The notes under the pieces: model-generated
Told to the model about the DNA's origin: nothing
Seen by the model: the letters and a program-made list of their open reading frames with translations, nothing else
Database searches by the model: none
Position numbers and translations under genes: made by a program
Part shown: piece after piece, positions 20,136 to 32,191 of the stretch
How the letters are laid out: every line of letters begins with the position of its first letter
Position numbering within the stretch: the stretch's first letter is position 1
Source: an uncultured virus (IMG/VR IMGVR_UViG_3300018080_008055)
Taxonomy: Duplodnaviria > Heunggongvirae > Uroviricota > Caudoviricetes
Direction: 5' to 3' (one strand)
Length of the DNA stretch: 64,000 nucleotides
IMG/VR virus record: IMGVR_UViG_3300018080_008055

Positions 20136-20864
20136 TCATCTAAAATAATCCTCCATATTCTTAAATTCAATTTTATCTGTTTTGATTTCAAAAATTTGAT
20201 TTAGATTTTCGATAAATTCATTCTTTCCTCCATAGCTAGGATGTCGTATTTTGGAAATGGTAATATCCGGTATATCGTTGTTTTCTCTTAATTCTTTGAG
20301 ACAATTGAAAGCTATTTTTCCTATTCCATGAGCTTCTTTAAAATCAAATACTTTAAACAGTTGTAATATGTATTTTTTCCCCTCTTCTATTTCTTCCTTA
20401 CTTGGAGTTCTATTAGTCTCAAGCTCTCCGGTATTATGAGGATGAAATGGAAAGGTATTAAACAAAACACATTTAGAAAAAAGTTTTGGATTTTTTTCAA
20501 AAAAGCCATAGACTATTGTTGCCGAGTTTTCAGTATAAATTTTAAAATCATAATCTATATCCTTTCTTATCTCTCTAAAGAGTCTATGTTTCTTTAAAAT
20601 CTTAGTACTAGTAAAAGCAATTCCCGAATGCTTTAATCCGTTGTACCCTCCGGCTTCTCCTAAGAGTAATATTTTAGCTTCTTTATAGAATAGATATTTA
20701 AGATAAGTTAATTTATTATGGTATTGAGTTGTAGTATCTACAAAAGGTTTCTTAACTATTCGATAAGGATTATATACTAATTCATTTGGTTTTCTTTGAA
20801 CTAACATATCCATTAGTTCGTATAAATCCTCTTCTAATAATTGTCTTCTATAAGGATAACCCAT
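20136..20864 (-). CDS. Uracil-DNA glycosylase superfamily protein
   Basis: GEAGGYNG..SGIAFTS, ENSATIV, NTFPFHPH, NRTP, IRHPSYGG. Confidence 0.85.
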   Translation of the reverse strand: MGYPYRRQLLEEDLYELMDMLVQRKPNELVYNPYRIVKKPFVDTTTQYHNKLTYLKYLFYKEAKILLLGEAGGYNGLKHSGIAFTSTKILKKHRLFREIRKDIDYDFKIYTENSATIVYGFFEKNPKLFSKCVLFNTFPFHPHNTGELETNRTPSKEEIEEGKKYILQLFKVFDFKEAHGIGKIAFNCLKELRENNDIPDITISKIRHPSYGGKNEFIENLNQIFEIKTDKIEFKNMEDYFR

Positions 20865-20987
20865 TTAAAATTCCTCTTTGTAGATTTTTTTATTTCTCCT
20901 GGCTTTCCAATGTTTTTCACAAAATAATTTATTTTTATATCTCTTGTTATTACAACCTTTCATTATACAATTTGGTCCGTTATACAT
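20865..20987 (-). CDS. Small Cx4C...CxxH zinc-finger protein, 40 aa (not in ORF track)
   Basis: MYNGPNCIMKGCNNKRYKNKLFCEKHWKARRNKKIYKEEF; exactly fills the gap between two genes. Confidence 0.65.
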   Translation of the reverse strand: MYNGPNCIMKGCNNKRYKNKLFCEKHWKARRNKKIYKEEF

Positions 20988-20989
20988 TT

Positions 20990-21397
20990 TTATTTACCAT
21001 CTCCATATTTGTTCTTAAACTTTAAAATATATTCTTTTAGACCTTCTTCATCATCTTCATAAATTAAATCAAAAATAGTCTCCATATTAAAATCGGGATA
21101 TTTGTTTTTAACGATTACATGAAATTTATAATTGTCTTTAGATAATTTTTCAAACCCATAGGCGTAATCAGAGATATAGCCTTTATCTTTAGAAAACTCA
21201 AACCATCTAATATACGGTTGATACTTATTCAATACTTTAGAATCTATATTGAAAGCCGTATACTTTGTTATAAATAGTAAAATTTCATATTCCGCTTCTT
21301 CCTCTGGTTTAATATAATGAACTTCTAAAAAGAGAGGAGAACTTCTTTTATCTTTCTTAATTGATTTTTCGTATTTATTCATTTTTAGGTGCCTCAC
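20990..21397 (-). CDS. Hypothetical protein
   Basis: ORF in operon. Confidence 0.6.
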   Translation of the reverse strand: MRHLKMNKYEKSIKKDKRSSPLFLEVHYIKPEEEAEYEILLFITKYTAFNIDSKVLNKYQPYIRWFEFSKDKGYISDYAYGFEKLSKDNYKFHVIVKNKYPDFNMETIFDLIYEDDEEGLKEYILKFKNKYGDGK

Positions 21398-22623
21398 TTT
21401 GAGAAGAAACTTTCTATAGTCTTTTGTTTATTATCCTTTCTCATTTTTGGAGTTTTCTTAATATCATAATTGCAAATCATATATTCCGTTTTTTCTATTT
21501 GGTTTTTTGCACTAGTGCAGTATTTTATTTTAACTGGTATTACTTTCCAATTATCTAAATCCTTAAACTCATCAATATAGAACTTACATTCCCCTCCAAT
21601 ACTAGTAAGGAAATGGAAAGGAGTTTCTTTCATAATATTTATCAAATCATAATGATCATTCATAGTAAATCTATAGATTGTGTAATATTGCTCAGTACTA
21701 GGATATGGAGGATCAGCATAAATAAAACATTCTTTTGTTAATCCTTTTTCTGTATAAAAGGCTTTAAGAAATCTTTTATATGCTTTTCGGAAATCATAAC
21801 TAGTTAAATTTATAAATTGCAATCGTTCAATTAGCTTAGGATCAACCTCAGTTAATAAGCCTCCATCAGCATTAGAAATAGGCCTGGTTGTTTTTGGAGA
21901 TAAACCTCTGAAATTAGGAAATATCCTAGAGATCTGTTTATAATATTCAATTGATTCTTTTGTAGAAATGGATTTACAAACAGTTGGGAGAGTTATACCT
22001 CTATAATTCATATCAACTTTTTCTCCCGGAATATAAAAATAATTAACAGCCTGGATTCTCATAGCTTTTATTAAACCTCTAATATTCTTTATTGTTTCTC
22101 CAATTGCTTTTGAATTATCTGGATTAAATAATTTGAGAGCTTTTAATTGAGCAATATTCCATTTATATAAGCTCACTAATGAAAGATTAAAATATGCTAA
22201 TCCCATTTCCTTTATCAAATTATAATCATAAGTTCCTGAGCCTCCAAAACCTAACTTATTTGAATAATAGAAATAATAAGCATTTTCAATTTTATTTTTA
22301 GGAATTGTCTTTCCGGCTCTCATTCTTTCAAAAACAAATTGAGAGAGCAAACCTAAAGTACCGGTTTTTAAGAAATCAAACTCTTTTGGGAAATCTCGAA
22401 TAACTTCAAAATAGTTAATATAATTATTGTCAATATCATTGAAACATTCATATTTATAGGCCTTTGGTTTATTAACCTCATATACACATGACCCCGCAAA
22501 TAGAGTTTGAAAATAATCATGGAAAGGAGTATTATCTTCTAGTTTCTTTCTTAGCCGGTATTTACCTCCAATTTGATTTATTTGAGGAGGTATATATTCA
22601 GTCATTTCTTTTTTTCTCTCCAT
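21394..22623 (-). CDS. DNA adenine methyltransferase (Dam-like D12 class) with large insertion and C-terminal PIP box
   Basis: GGKYRL, LFAGS, FNDID, IYADPPY, EYMICNY; ends QKTIESFFSK. Confidence 0.85.
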   Translation of the reverse strand: MERKKEMTEYIPPQINQIGGKYRLRKKLEDNTPFHDYFQTLFAGSCVYEVNKPKAYKYECFNDIDNNYINYFEVIRDFPKEFDFLKTGTLGLLSQFVFERMRAGKTIPKNKIENAYYFYYSNKLGFGGSGTYDYNLIKEMGLAYFNLSLVSLYKWNIAQLKALKLFNPDNSKAIGETIKNIRGLIKAMRIQAVNYFYIPGEKVDMNYRGITLPTVCKSISTKESIEYYKQISRIFPNFRGLSPKTTRPISNADGGLLTEVDPKLIERLQFINLTSYDFRKAYKRFLKAFYTEKGLTKECFIYADPPYPSTEQYYTIYRFTMNDHYDLINIMKETPFHFLTSIGGECKFYIDEFKDLDNWKVIPVKIKYCTSAKNQIEKTEYMICNYDIKKTPKMRKDNKQKTIESFFSK

Positions 22624-23780
22624 TTCTTTAGTATTTTTTTTAGGTTATCTTTTTCTAAAATATCATGTAAATTATTCCTTAGAGCATTCAATTTAAGTTG
22701 TAAATCAATTGAATAGTATTCATTATTAAACATTTGGAGATTATTATCAATTTCAGTCTTAATATTATCGATCTCTTCAGATATTGCTTTTTGTAATTCA
22801 TTCAAGTTTTAATCCTCTCTATCTAATAATTCTATTCCAAATAATCTAGGATTATTTTTGATAGTCTCAAATAATTGAAGTATCGTATTTGTCTCTTCTT
22901 TATTATTCTCTTCATGTTTACCTTTAATCCCTATAGCCATATTATTATCCTCCGGTCTATAAATGAATGATAATATAAAACATCTAAATATAATTCTAAA
23001 AATTAGGTTTAATAAATTTCTGGGTTTAGCTTTCATTATAGTTAAAATTATTTGAATTGTTAGTATAAAAGATTTGTAGATCATTTCGATTTTCTTAATT
23101 ATTACCCTCCTCCTCTATTAATTCATTTAGGTAATCTAATTGAATTGTTTTAATTTTTAGACTTGTTTTTTTTATGTCTTCATAGTTCTTACAAACCTCT
23201 TGAGTTTTAAGAATGTGAACCCATTTCTCTTTCTTATCTAATTTAGAAAAGTTAAAAGTTAAACCGAATATTTTTTTATCGGTATTATTATGATTTGGTT
23301 TAAATTTTTCTTCTAGGAACTCTTCAAAGTTTTTTATCAAAAATTTAATTTTATCTTTGGCTTTCTTTAAAGAGGTTATACCAATATCATATAAAAATAA
23401 ATAATTGAACTCATTTAGATCTCCAATTAATTCAGTTAGACCGATTTCAAAAGAAACTTTAATTTGTATCTTATTCTCCTCCTATATATGTTATATGAAA
23501 ATCCGGTTTCTTAATTCCCATACAAACTTCAATTCCAGGTATCCTTTCCAATAATTCTTGAACTGCATTAAAGAATAGAAGATTAAATTCCATGCTATTA
23601 ATAAAGGTTCTAGCTAAAATCCTAAATTTTTTATAGAAGAGTCTTACTCTATATTCGCAAAAAATTGTTTTATTGGTATAATCCTTTATCTCAGTTTCTA
23701 AGTTATGAGAGAATACAGAATAGGCCTCTATATTAGTTGTATTACAACTCTCTAATTCCTTTAAGACTTTTGTTAATATC

Positions 23781-24482
23781 TCAAAAGAAGAATCCATGAT
23801 CTTCCTCCTCCGGTTCTACTAATACTTTATTACAATATATACAATTGGTTAAAGCCGAACATATAAACATTGAATCCGGATTATAAACCTCTCCGGTTAT
23901 AATATTATATGCTTTTTGTGGAAATATAAAATGATTAAATAATAATTCGTATTCTTTAGTTCCGGGATTTTTTAAAATAGCAAAATAACCTAACTTAGTT
24001 GCATCCTCTAATTCCTTACAACAAAAATCATATTTGGTCAATTGGCTTGATACATCTTCTATTGAGAGGTATTTTATTCTATAGTCTAAGCCTGGATCTC
24101 TCTTAGTTGCAATCGGAGGAATTAAATAGTTAAATTCCTTAAAGCAACTAAAACATTTTGGTATTGTTAAGGTTATATATTTTGAACCCGAATCAAACTC
24201 CTCAGTTTTATAGTTTTTTATATCAGCCTCCGGAAATCTCTTCATATTTTCCTCAATTATCTCTTTTGGGATAAAATGATTAAGAACTAACTTATTATTT
24301 CTAATTGTAATCAACCCATAAGTATCAATAAATTCATATAGCTCATTACAACAAATCATTCCATTTTCATATAATTGTTTTAATAGAAATTCAGTAATAT
24401 CTTTAGTATCTAATTTGCAATCTGTTAGCCAATTCATTTTAATCCTCCTCAATTTTATAGACTCCATTATATTTATCCTCAA
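23781..24482 (-). CDS. Cys-rich protein with internal duplication
   Basis: Two CC-x-EL...G...LxxNHFI units, each followed by CxxC. Confidence 0.6.
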   Translation of the reverse strand: MRINIMESIKLRRIKMNWLTDCKLDTKDITEFLLKQLYENGMICCNELYEFIDTYGLITIRNNKLVLNHFIPKEIIEENMKRFPEADIKNYKTEEFDSGSKYITLTIPKCFSCFKEFNYLIPPIATKRDPGLDYRIKYLSIEDVSSQLTKYDFCCKELEDATKLGYFAILKNPGTKEYELLFNHFIFPQKAYNIITGEVYNPDSMFICSALTNCIYCNKVLVEPEEEDHGFFF

Positions 24483-26673
24483 TTATACATAATGAAATTT
24501 CAGAAGCAATAGATAGTATTATATCAATTACTTGACCGAATATTTTATTATCTTTTTTAATAGAAAATTCGATTATTGTTTTTGTTTCGTGTTTTTTACT
24601 AGAACCTTTTACAGACATTACTATCCCTAGCTTTTCTAATTCGATTAATTTCTTTCTTATCTTTTTAGGTCTCTTAAGTTCTATTTCCTCTATTGGTATT
24701 TTTTCCTCTTTTTTAACAAACTCATAAGTAATATATAGCTTAACAAGATCGTCTGGTCCTAATTGATTACTACCACAATTAAATTGAACAGTAATATCAT
24801 CTTCTAGTTTTTCATAATTGATTTCTATTTCTTGTTCATCTAGTTCAGTAAATTCCGTAAATCTTAGAGTATTATGTATATAGTCTGAATCCGGAATACT
24901 TTGATATGATTTGAACTTATAATAATAAACTATTACCTTAGAATAATTACAATTCATACAATAGAAAGGAATTACTACTTTTGCAATTTCTTTATTATAT
25001 TCATAATCTTCTAGCTCATCAGATTCTAGTTCTTTATGTTTGCATTTTGATTTATTGGTTTTCATTTTTAGCCTCTTCTTTCTTTATTTGGTTTTTATAG
25101 AAAAGTGTTCTCAAATTATCCATTAAGTCAATATAACTCCAAAAGTTCATAGTTCCTTTAGCTAAATTATCATCGCCAATATCAAAATCAAAATCAACTA
25201 GATTGGGATTATTCTCATTTAGTTTCATTTCAAATTTTTTAAAAGTGATCTCCGGATTTGGCTTTCTTGTTAATGAATCCATGTACTCTCTTGTTTGAGT
25301 AATTTCCTTTCTGATTTCACATAGAATAGAAAGTAATATATCTTTTTTTCTTATTTTAACAGTTTCTCCTTTTTCATCCAAAACTTTCAATTACCTTTCC
25401 TCCTCTAAACCAATTAAAGATTTTTTAAATTTAATGTGAATCTCCATATCAGTAATAAAAAATTCTTCTAAGTCATATTGGCTAGCAATTTCATTTATCT
25501 TTTGAATATCCTCTAGCCAATATGAATTTCCAGATTTAAGATAAATTATAAAATAATCAACTGAACTATAGGCATTATTTAAAACGGTAATATCTCCGAT
25601 TAATTTACCATAACCTCTATATTCATTAAAAAGCTCAGAAATAAATTTTTCTAATCGGCTATTTCTAAGATAGTTTAATACATTAGGTTGTTTTAGGAGA
25701 GTTCTTAGATAGTTCTTTTGCTCTTCTGTAAGATTTCCTAAGAACTCTGAGATTTTAAGTTCATAGTATTCTAATTTATCGCTATAATTATTAATTTTAA
25801 TTTTAACAAGTTCTTTCTCTTCCATTTTTTATTTACCTCTTTTTTTCTCCTCCAGGAGTAATTCTTTCATTCTCTTATTGTGTTGCTTTTGCCATTTGAA
25901 AAATGTATCACCCTCAAAAAAGCCTTTCCAAAAATAAGCATTACATTTTATACAAGTATATGGTTCTTTTGGATTATATTTCTTAGTTAGTATAATACCA
26001 CAACAATATAACCGGTTGTTATAAAGACCGGTTATGATCTGATTTTTTATTTTTTTCTTTGTCATTTTTTTAAACATATTTAATCCTCCAATAATTCTAT
26101 TATATTTAATATATCTTCAGATAAGCAAGTGATCTCTTCAGTATCTACTAAATCATCTATATCGAAAGCCTTAAGAATAGCCTCTTTAATTTTTGTTTTA
26201 TTATCTTTTTTAGTTTCTTTTTCATTAATAGTCTTATTAGCCTCTTTAAGTATATCATTAAGATCATATCCAAGAAAACCCGAATTATTTTGAAAGATCG
26301 CTTGGATTTGAATACATAAGTCTCCTAACAATTTCTTATCTATTTCTTTAATTTGAATTAATTGAATCCATAATATTTTAGAGAGGATGAACATTTCTTT
26401 ATATTCCTCTTTAGGAATAGAGATTATGTTTTCCCAATCTATTCTTGGTTTAGGAATTATAGATCTCCTCCGATTTTGTTTTTTGTTTTATTTTTTCAAA
26501 AATTAGACCAAATATAAAACTAAATCCTAATATCCAAAATAAGATAATCGTTAGAAATATTACTTGGAAAATTGCTATGATTATTTTTAATTTAAGAAAA
26601 GCAACTATTAGGAAAAAGGGAATTAGCATTAAAAAAAAGTAAGCTAACTCTAAAACTTCTTTTTTAGGTATTT

Positions 26674-27240
26674 TCAAAATATAACTTCCTCCTCGATATT
26701 TTTATTAATTTCACAAACAACCCTTTGTCTAACTTTTCTTTTTGGTTCAATTATCGGATATGTTTGAAACCAGGCTTTCTTTCTTTTGTTATGATTATGA
26801 AGACTCTCTAAATCTTCTAAGTTATTATCAACCACTTTTACCAAATGTTTTTTACAGAGTCTTACTTTCCAATCAACACTAAAACCATAAAGGTTATCTC
26901 CATAATCATTACAACCGATTACCTCACATGAATTTTCAGAGTAAGGAATTTGATCTAATAAGATCCAATCAAAATCCTCTATCTCCTCTTCTTTTTCTAT
27001 ACATTTTTTTAAATGCTTTTCACACAACCAAACCTTATTATTCATGCTTAAACCATATTGGTTAGAGGCTAATGATTTACAACCCGGCTTTTCACACTTA
27101 GGAATATCCGGATTCTTTTCAATTAATCTAGCCTCCAAATAGAAGAAAGCCTTTTTGTTTGAATTATGAATCTTATTCCTCTCTTTAATATCTAAAGAGG
27201 TAATCGCCGATAATTCCAATTCTTCTATAAATTTATTCAA
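26674..27240 (-). CDS. Protein with two tandem Cx4C...CxxH zinc fingers
   Basis: CEKPGC...YGLS...WLCEKHL and CEVIGC...YGFS...RLCKKHL. Confidence 0.7.
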   Translation of the reverse strand: MNKFIEELELSAITSLDIKERNKIHNSNKKAFFYLEARLIEKNPDIPKCEKPGCKSLASNQYGLSMNNKVWLCEKHLKKCIEKEEEIEDFDWILLDQIPYSENSCEVIGCNDYGDNLYGFSVDWKVRLCKKHLVKVVDNNLEDLESLHNHNKRKKAWFQTYPIIEPKRKVRQRVVCEINKNIEEEVIF

Positions 27241-29005
27241 TTTATTTCCTCCTTGTAGTATTTTTTTAAGACGTTAAAAATAGCCGTCTTCTTTTAGGTC
27301 TTTATGTATTTCATTTATTAGGTTTTCAATGGTTATTCTAATATCTTTAATCTTTATATTGGATATATCCATTAACTTTTGTAAAAGCTCTTGGTTAAGA
27401 GGAACTAATACCTTTATGGAATTTAAATAATCCTCCAGGCTTATCTTTCCCCCATCTTTAAGTTTTACTATGAAGTTTTCTGTTTTTGTTAAGGCTTTTA
27501 ATAGATAAAATAAATTCTCCTCAGAAACCTCAACTTTCTGATTATATTCTCTTTTTAGCATATCTTTATTTTCAATACACATAATTAAACTCCTAATGTT
27601 TTTTCTTTTCTATTTTCTCAATTAAAAATAAAAGATATTCAATGAATTTGACCTTACCTTTATGTTCATGATAGTAATTTGTTTTCTCTTGGCTTTTCAT
27701 AAACTCTGATAAATAATGATAATGCTCTTTTAATTCATTTAGTTTCTTTTTTATTTTATCAATTGGTATAGTTTCAATGCTCATAGATTATATATCCTCC
27801 AATTCTACTATATTTTTATCAATTATTTCTTATTTTGTTTAGTTTCTCTTTCTCGCTTTATTTTAGCAATTTCCAAGTCTTTATTTTCGGTAATTATCTC
27901 AGCTTGAAATTTTTTAATTTTCTTTGACATTCCGATCTTTATATTTTTAGGAGTCTCCATAAAGATAAATCCCTCTCCGGTATTTAAACGATCAAACAAT
28001 ATTATCGCTTGGTTTATCAGATCAACTAATTGAGTTTTTTCCATAATTGATCCGTTTTTAATTTCTTTCCAATTTCTATTTTGAAATTTATCAAAACAGT
28101 TCTTTAATCGTTTTCTTAACTCATTAGTTCCGGTTGATTTCCAGGTATCGCCAAGTTCCTCTTCTTTCTCTTTTAGCCGGTTTGTCAAATATGCTAAAAC
28201 TTTATTGATTAGAATATGATAATCTCCATAAGAACCATTATGATCTTTTAGAAATTCTTTTAGAATTGGAGTATTTTTAAACTTCTCTAAATCCTTATAT
28301 ATATAATCAACTAAGGTATTAAAGCTATAAATATTAAAGTCAAACTCCTCTCCATTACGATCTTTTCTTATAATAATATTGATCATTCCTAATTCATTTG
28401 TAGTAATTCTTATTGAATATTCCATTTAGTTTTCCTCCTCTCTTACTTGTTCTATCCAAGCATATAAATAATCTAGAATATCTGGTTTATCTTTTATTGA
28501 ATCAAGAAAATCTTTTAATGAATCTAATAATTGTTTTCTCACATACTTATAATCTTTTATAGCTCTCTCTTGGATTTTTTTAGCATTGTTAAACATTTTA
28601 TTTACCTCTAGCTTTTCTTGTTTGTGATTTCTTCCAGGTTGCTTTATTAAACCAATGATCTAAAATTTTTATAAAGGTCCTAGCATTTGGATTTATTCTA
28701 ATTTCTAAATCCATTTCTATAATTCGATTTACATTGAACTTACTTAAATCATAATGAGGTTTTACATAAGGAGATGAAAAATCCGGGATTCCTCCTTTTA
28801 TTTCAATTAGTTGTTTCTTTAGCATTCCTTTCAATGTATCGTCAAAGCTAGATTGCATTACGATCTTTATTGCTTTAGCCATAGCCTTACTGAGCTTAAC
28901 ATAACCCTCATTGATATAGACCTCAAATTCGGCCATGACTTTAAGGAACTCATATTGTCTTTTACTGATATTAAACCATGAATATTTTGGCATTTTATTT
29001 TCTCT

Positions 29006-29248
29006 TTAAGATAATTTTTTTACTCCTATTGTTAATTCTTTTGCACTAGTATATTTATGAATATAGATTACTCTAAAACTATAAGTCTCTTTTAATGTTT
29101 CTACAAGTTCTTTAATTTCAGAATCCTCTATGATATTATGAATATCTAAAACTAAATCAATTAGCTTTAAATCATCTTCTAAGATCTTATCCGTTAATTC
29201 CTCTTCCTCTCTTACGATTATTTCACTTGTCATATTATAACCAATCAA
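29006..29248 (-). CDS. Hypothetical protein, paralog of 33540..33842
   Basis: IIVREEEELT...YIHKYTSAKELTIGVK. Confidence 0.7.
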   Translation of the reverse strand: MIGYNMTSEIIVREEEELTDKILEDDLKLIDLVLDIHNIIEDSEIKELVETLKETYSFRVIYIHKYTSAKELTIGVKKLS

Positions 29249-29978
29249 TTTTAATTAGTTCTTTTTTATATTCCTCTGGAATATATTTTAACTTTAACCT
29301 CTCATGGAATAAGGTATTTAGTTTAGAGAGAAATTTAACTGTTTTTTCTATACTCGGAGGAGTAATACCAGGAGTCTTTTTAGTATCGAATCCAAAATAT
29401 ATAATCTCCGGATCTAAAAGTTTTATCATTAATACAAAATCTTTTACATCAAAATCTAATACAGGTTCTATAGTAAGCCTCTTCCGTTTATGATCTAAGT
29501 TATAAAATTCATTATATCGTTTTCTTGGATTAGAGGCCTTACTAATTAGCTCATAACCCTCATCCCTATTGGTCTCTAAAGTAATTCCAAGAATTACATT
29601 CTCCGGCCAATTATATTTTTTTAAGCAACTTGGTTCTTTAGTTTGAAAAAAGAATGTTTTTGATTTTAGTTTTTTAATTCTTTCTAAAATAATGTTAATC
29701 CATAATTCCTCTGCAAAATAAATATCAGAGGAGGAATTAATCCAAATGAATTCATCTCCTTTAGTTCTAGGTAATGAATCAAATAATCTTTCATAATGAA
29801 AGTGAGGTTCGTACAAATAACATTTACTCTCTCCTAATTCCTCATTGATATATTTACAATTATGCTTTTGTCTTTTCATTTGAGCTTGAAATGATCTCTT
29901 ACAGTAAATACAATCAAAGTTGCAACCGATCACAATATTAAGTTGTTTAACTGAATCGCCATACATATTTTTGGTCAT
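29235..29978 (-). CDS. DUF5131/Gp37Gp68-like radical-SAM-related protein
   Basis: GCNFDCIYC, SSSDIYF, FFFQTK, NVILGITLE, TIEP. Confidence 0.75.
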   Translation of the reverse strand: MTKNMYGDSVKQLNIVIGCNFDCIYCKRSFQAQMKRQKHNCKYINEELGESKCYLYEPHFHYERLFDSLPRTKGDEFIWINSSSDIYFAEELWINIILERIKKLKSKTFFFQTKEPSCLKKYNWPENVILGITLETNRDEGYELISKASNPRKRYNEFYNLDHKRKRLTIEPVLDFDVKDFVLMIKLLDPEIIYFGFDTKKTPGITPPSIEKTVKFLSKLNTLFHERLKLKYIPEEYKKELIKIDWL

Positions 29979-29999
29979 TCTTTTTGAAACCTCTTTAAT

Positions 30000-31560
30000 T
30001 TAAATTTCTTGTTTTTTAATTTCTATTGAACTAATATCATAATCATAGACTTCAGTATGTTTCATAATACGTTTTAAACTTTCAAGAATTTTATTGAATA
30101 CTGACTCTTTAACAACTATAGGATTTTCTTGAGTTATACCCAAATCTATTTCAAGAATCAAATTTATAAAACCTTTATTATGGAATTCTTTTTTATTTTC
30201 TATTTTTTTACTCATAAGATCAAAGACCTCTTCTTTTGTTTGAACTTACTACATTCATTTGGATTTGTTTGATTACATTCTCCATAAGGTCTTTCGGCTT
30301 CGCATGATAAGATATTACAATCTAAGTAAAAATGCTTACATGCTTTTAATCGATCAATTTTGCTAATACATTTATCACAATAGATAAAAGACTTTTTATT
30401 TTTCCAAATTTTTATTGATTCTTCGATTGTGCAATCTTCAAATGTATCATGCTCACCTATAAAGAATTTAACCTTTGAATTACAAATACAACAATTACGT
30501 TTCTTTTTTACTTTATATTTAATATCTTCAATTTTAACTCTCAATTAATATTCCTCCAATATATAATTCTCTTAAATTGATTTGATAATTTATTTAATCC
30601 TAGAATAAAGAAATTCTCTTCCGGAAATAAGTAATAAGAACACTCTCCGGCCTCTTCATAATCAAATGAATATCCTCCAAAAATACATTCCTTTTGATCT
30701 GCGAATAAATGACAAAAGTAAATAGGTTTCCCACTTCCTATTTCGATTATTGTATTTTTATATGGACATATTTTCTGTTTAGCTTTTTTAGGTATTTTAA
30801 TCATTTTCCTCAACTACTTTCTTTATAAATGCTTTCTGAATCTTTCCATGACTTATCAAATAATTTTTCAAAACAATCTCTACAAAAAGTCTTATATCCA
30901 TAGAGATATGAAAATCTCCTATTTTTTATATAACAATCATCTTTAATATCAATATGATATCTTCCTTTGGATTTCTCTATTGGTTCTTTACATTCATTAC
31001 AGAAGTTAATATCTCCTAAAGGATTGGTAAAATATTCTCTCTTACTTTTTGTCATTCCTATTCTTCACTCCTTAATCTGTTTAATTCTTCTTCTAACTCT
31101 TTTATTCTTTCTATTGAACCAATAGATTCTAATGAACCATCGTCTTGAGGTTTAATTAATAGAGTCATTTCAGTAGGTCTAAGAACTATTATTGGTATTT
31201 CTATTTTAACCGGAAAGACTTTTTCATCGTGTAATTTTACAAAATTATTGGTCTTAAAGAATCTAATTGAAAAATCCTTAGATCTAATGGCGAGATAAAA
31301 TTGTAATTGAATATCCTTTCCGTTATTAATTATTTTTGTCATTTCCAAGAAATTTCTCCTTTTTCTATTTTCTTTTTTATATCAATGATTACATCTTCAA
31401 TTAGAGTTCCTGGAGGATATTTGATTGTTTCAAAAAAGTTCCATTTCCAAGCTATACTAATATGTAGGCTTGTATCTTTATTCCTATAACCTCTTATAGC
31501 ATATTCTTCATCTAACTTTTCATGGAATATTTTTTTACTTTTTGAAAATTTACTCAACAA
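30000..31560 (-). other. Six small hypothetical genes, three of them Cys-rich/zinc-finger
   Basis: Track ORFs 30000..30215, 30212..30544, 30541..30813, 30810..31055, 31058..31348, 31339..31560. Confidence 0.6.
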
Positions 31561-32191
31561 TTATTACCTCTTGATTTTCGGGTTTGAATTTTTTATGATC
31601 TAATGACTCTCCTAAAGTTGTTATTGGATTGTCATGTTTCTTAAAGATAATAACTACTAAAGGAAATGTAGAACCTGAACCGATCTTATCTTCTTTCATT
31701 AGTAAGTTATAACATTTACGACAAACTCTGATCTTCATTTTTCTAATTAGAATTGGTTTTGAAGTCCTTTTATTACAATTATAGCATGGAATAAAAAAAT
31801 CAACTCTTCCTTTGCAAAATAGAATTTTGTATGATTTCATTATATAATCGTGCCAATAGGCCGTATCAGTCCTAGATGGGATAATCATAACTATAATCGT
31901 ATTCTCAAATTGACTCTCTAAGTAAGCCTTTTCAATAAACTCTTTAGCTTTTGAAAATGGAGGATTTAAAAAGCCGATCTCATTCTTCCAATTCTGTTCT
32001 AAAGCATTATCCTCCTCAGTATAATACCTCTTGCATAAAGCATTTTCTTTTGAACTTGCTAAATCAATAGTAAATTCAAAAGAATCTCCAAATTCTTTTT
32101 TCATCTCCTTTTGGAGAAATTCAAAAAAATATCTAGGAGTTTCCCAAGAATCATTTGAATTTTTAGTTCTAGAATATACTTCTTTATTCAA
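31550..32191 (-). CDS. Phage-type DNA N6-adenine methyltransferase with inserted Zn ribbon
   Basis: DSWETP, IDLAS, FLNPPFS, PSRTDTAYWH, GRVDF. Confidence 0.85.
   Translation of the reverse strand: MNKEVYSRTKNSNDSWETPRYFFEFLQKEMKKEFGDSFEFTIDLASSKENALCKRYYTEEDNALEQNWKNEIGFLNPPFSKAKEFIEKAYLESQFENTIIVMIIPSRTDTAYWHDYIMKSYKILFCKGRVDFFIPCYNCNKRTSKPILIRKMKIRVCRKCYNLLMKEDKIGSGSTFPLVVIIFKKHDNPITTLGESLDHKKFKPENQEVIIVE

Larger units (their letters stand above)
22602..28993 (-). other. Run of about 17 tightly packed small hypothetical genes (track ORFs 22602..22805 to 28598..28993, plus a 56 aa ORF at 28426..28596)
   Basis: Adjacent or overlapping ORFs with GGAGG/GAGG RBS; several Cys motifs. Confidence 0.65.
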
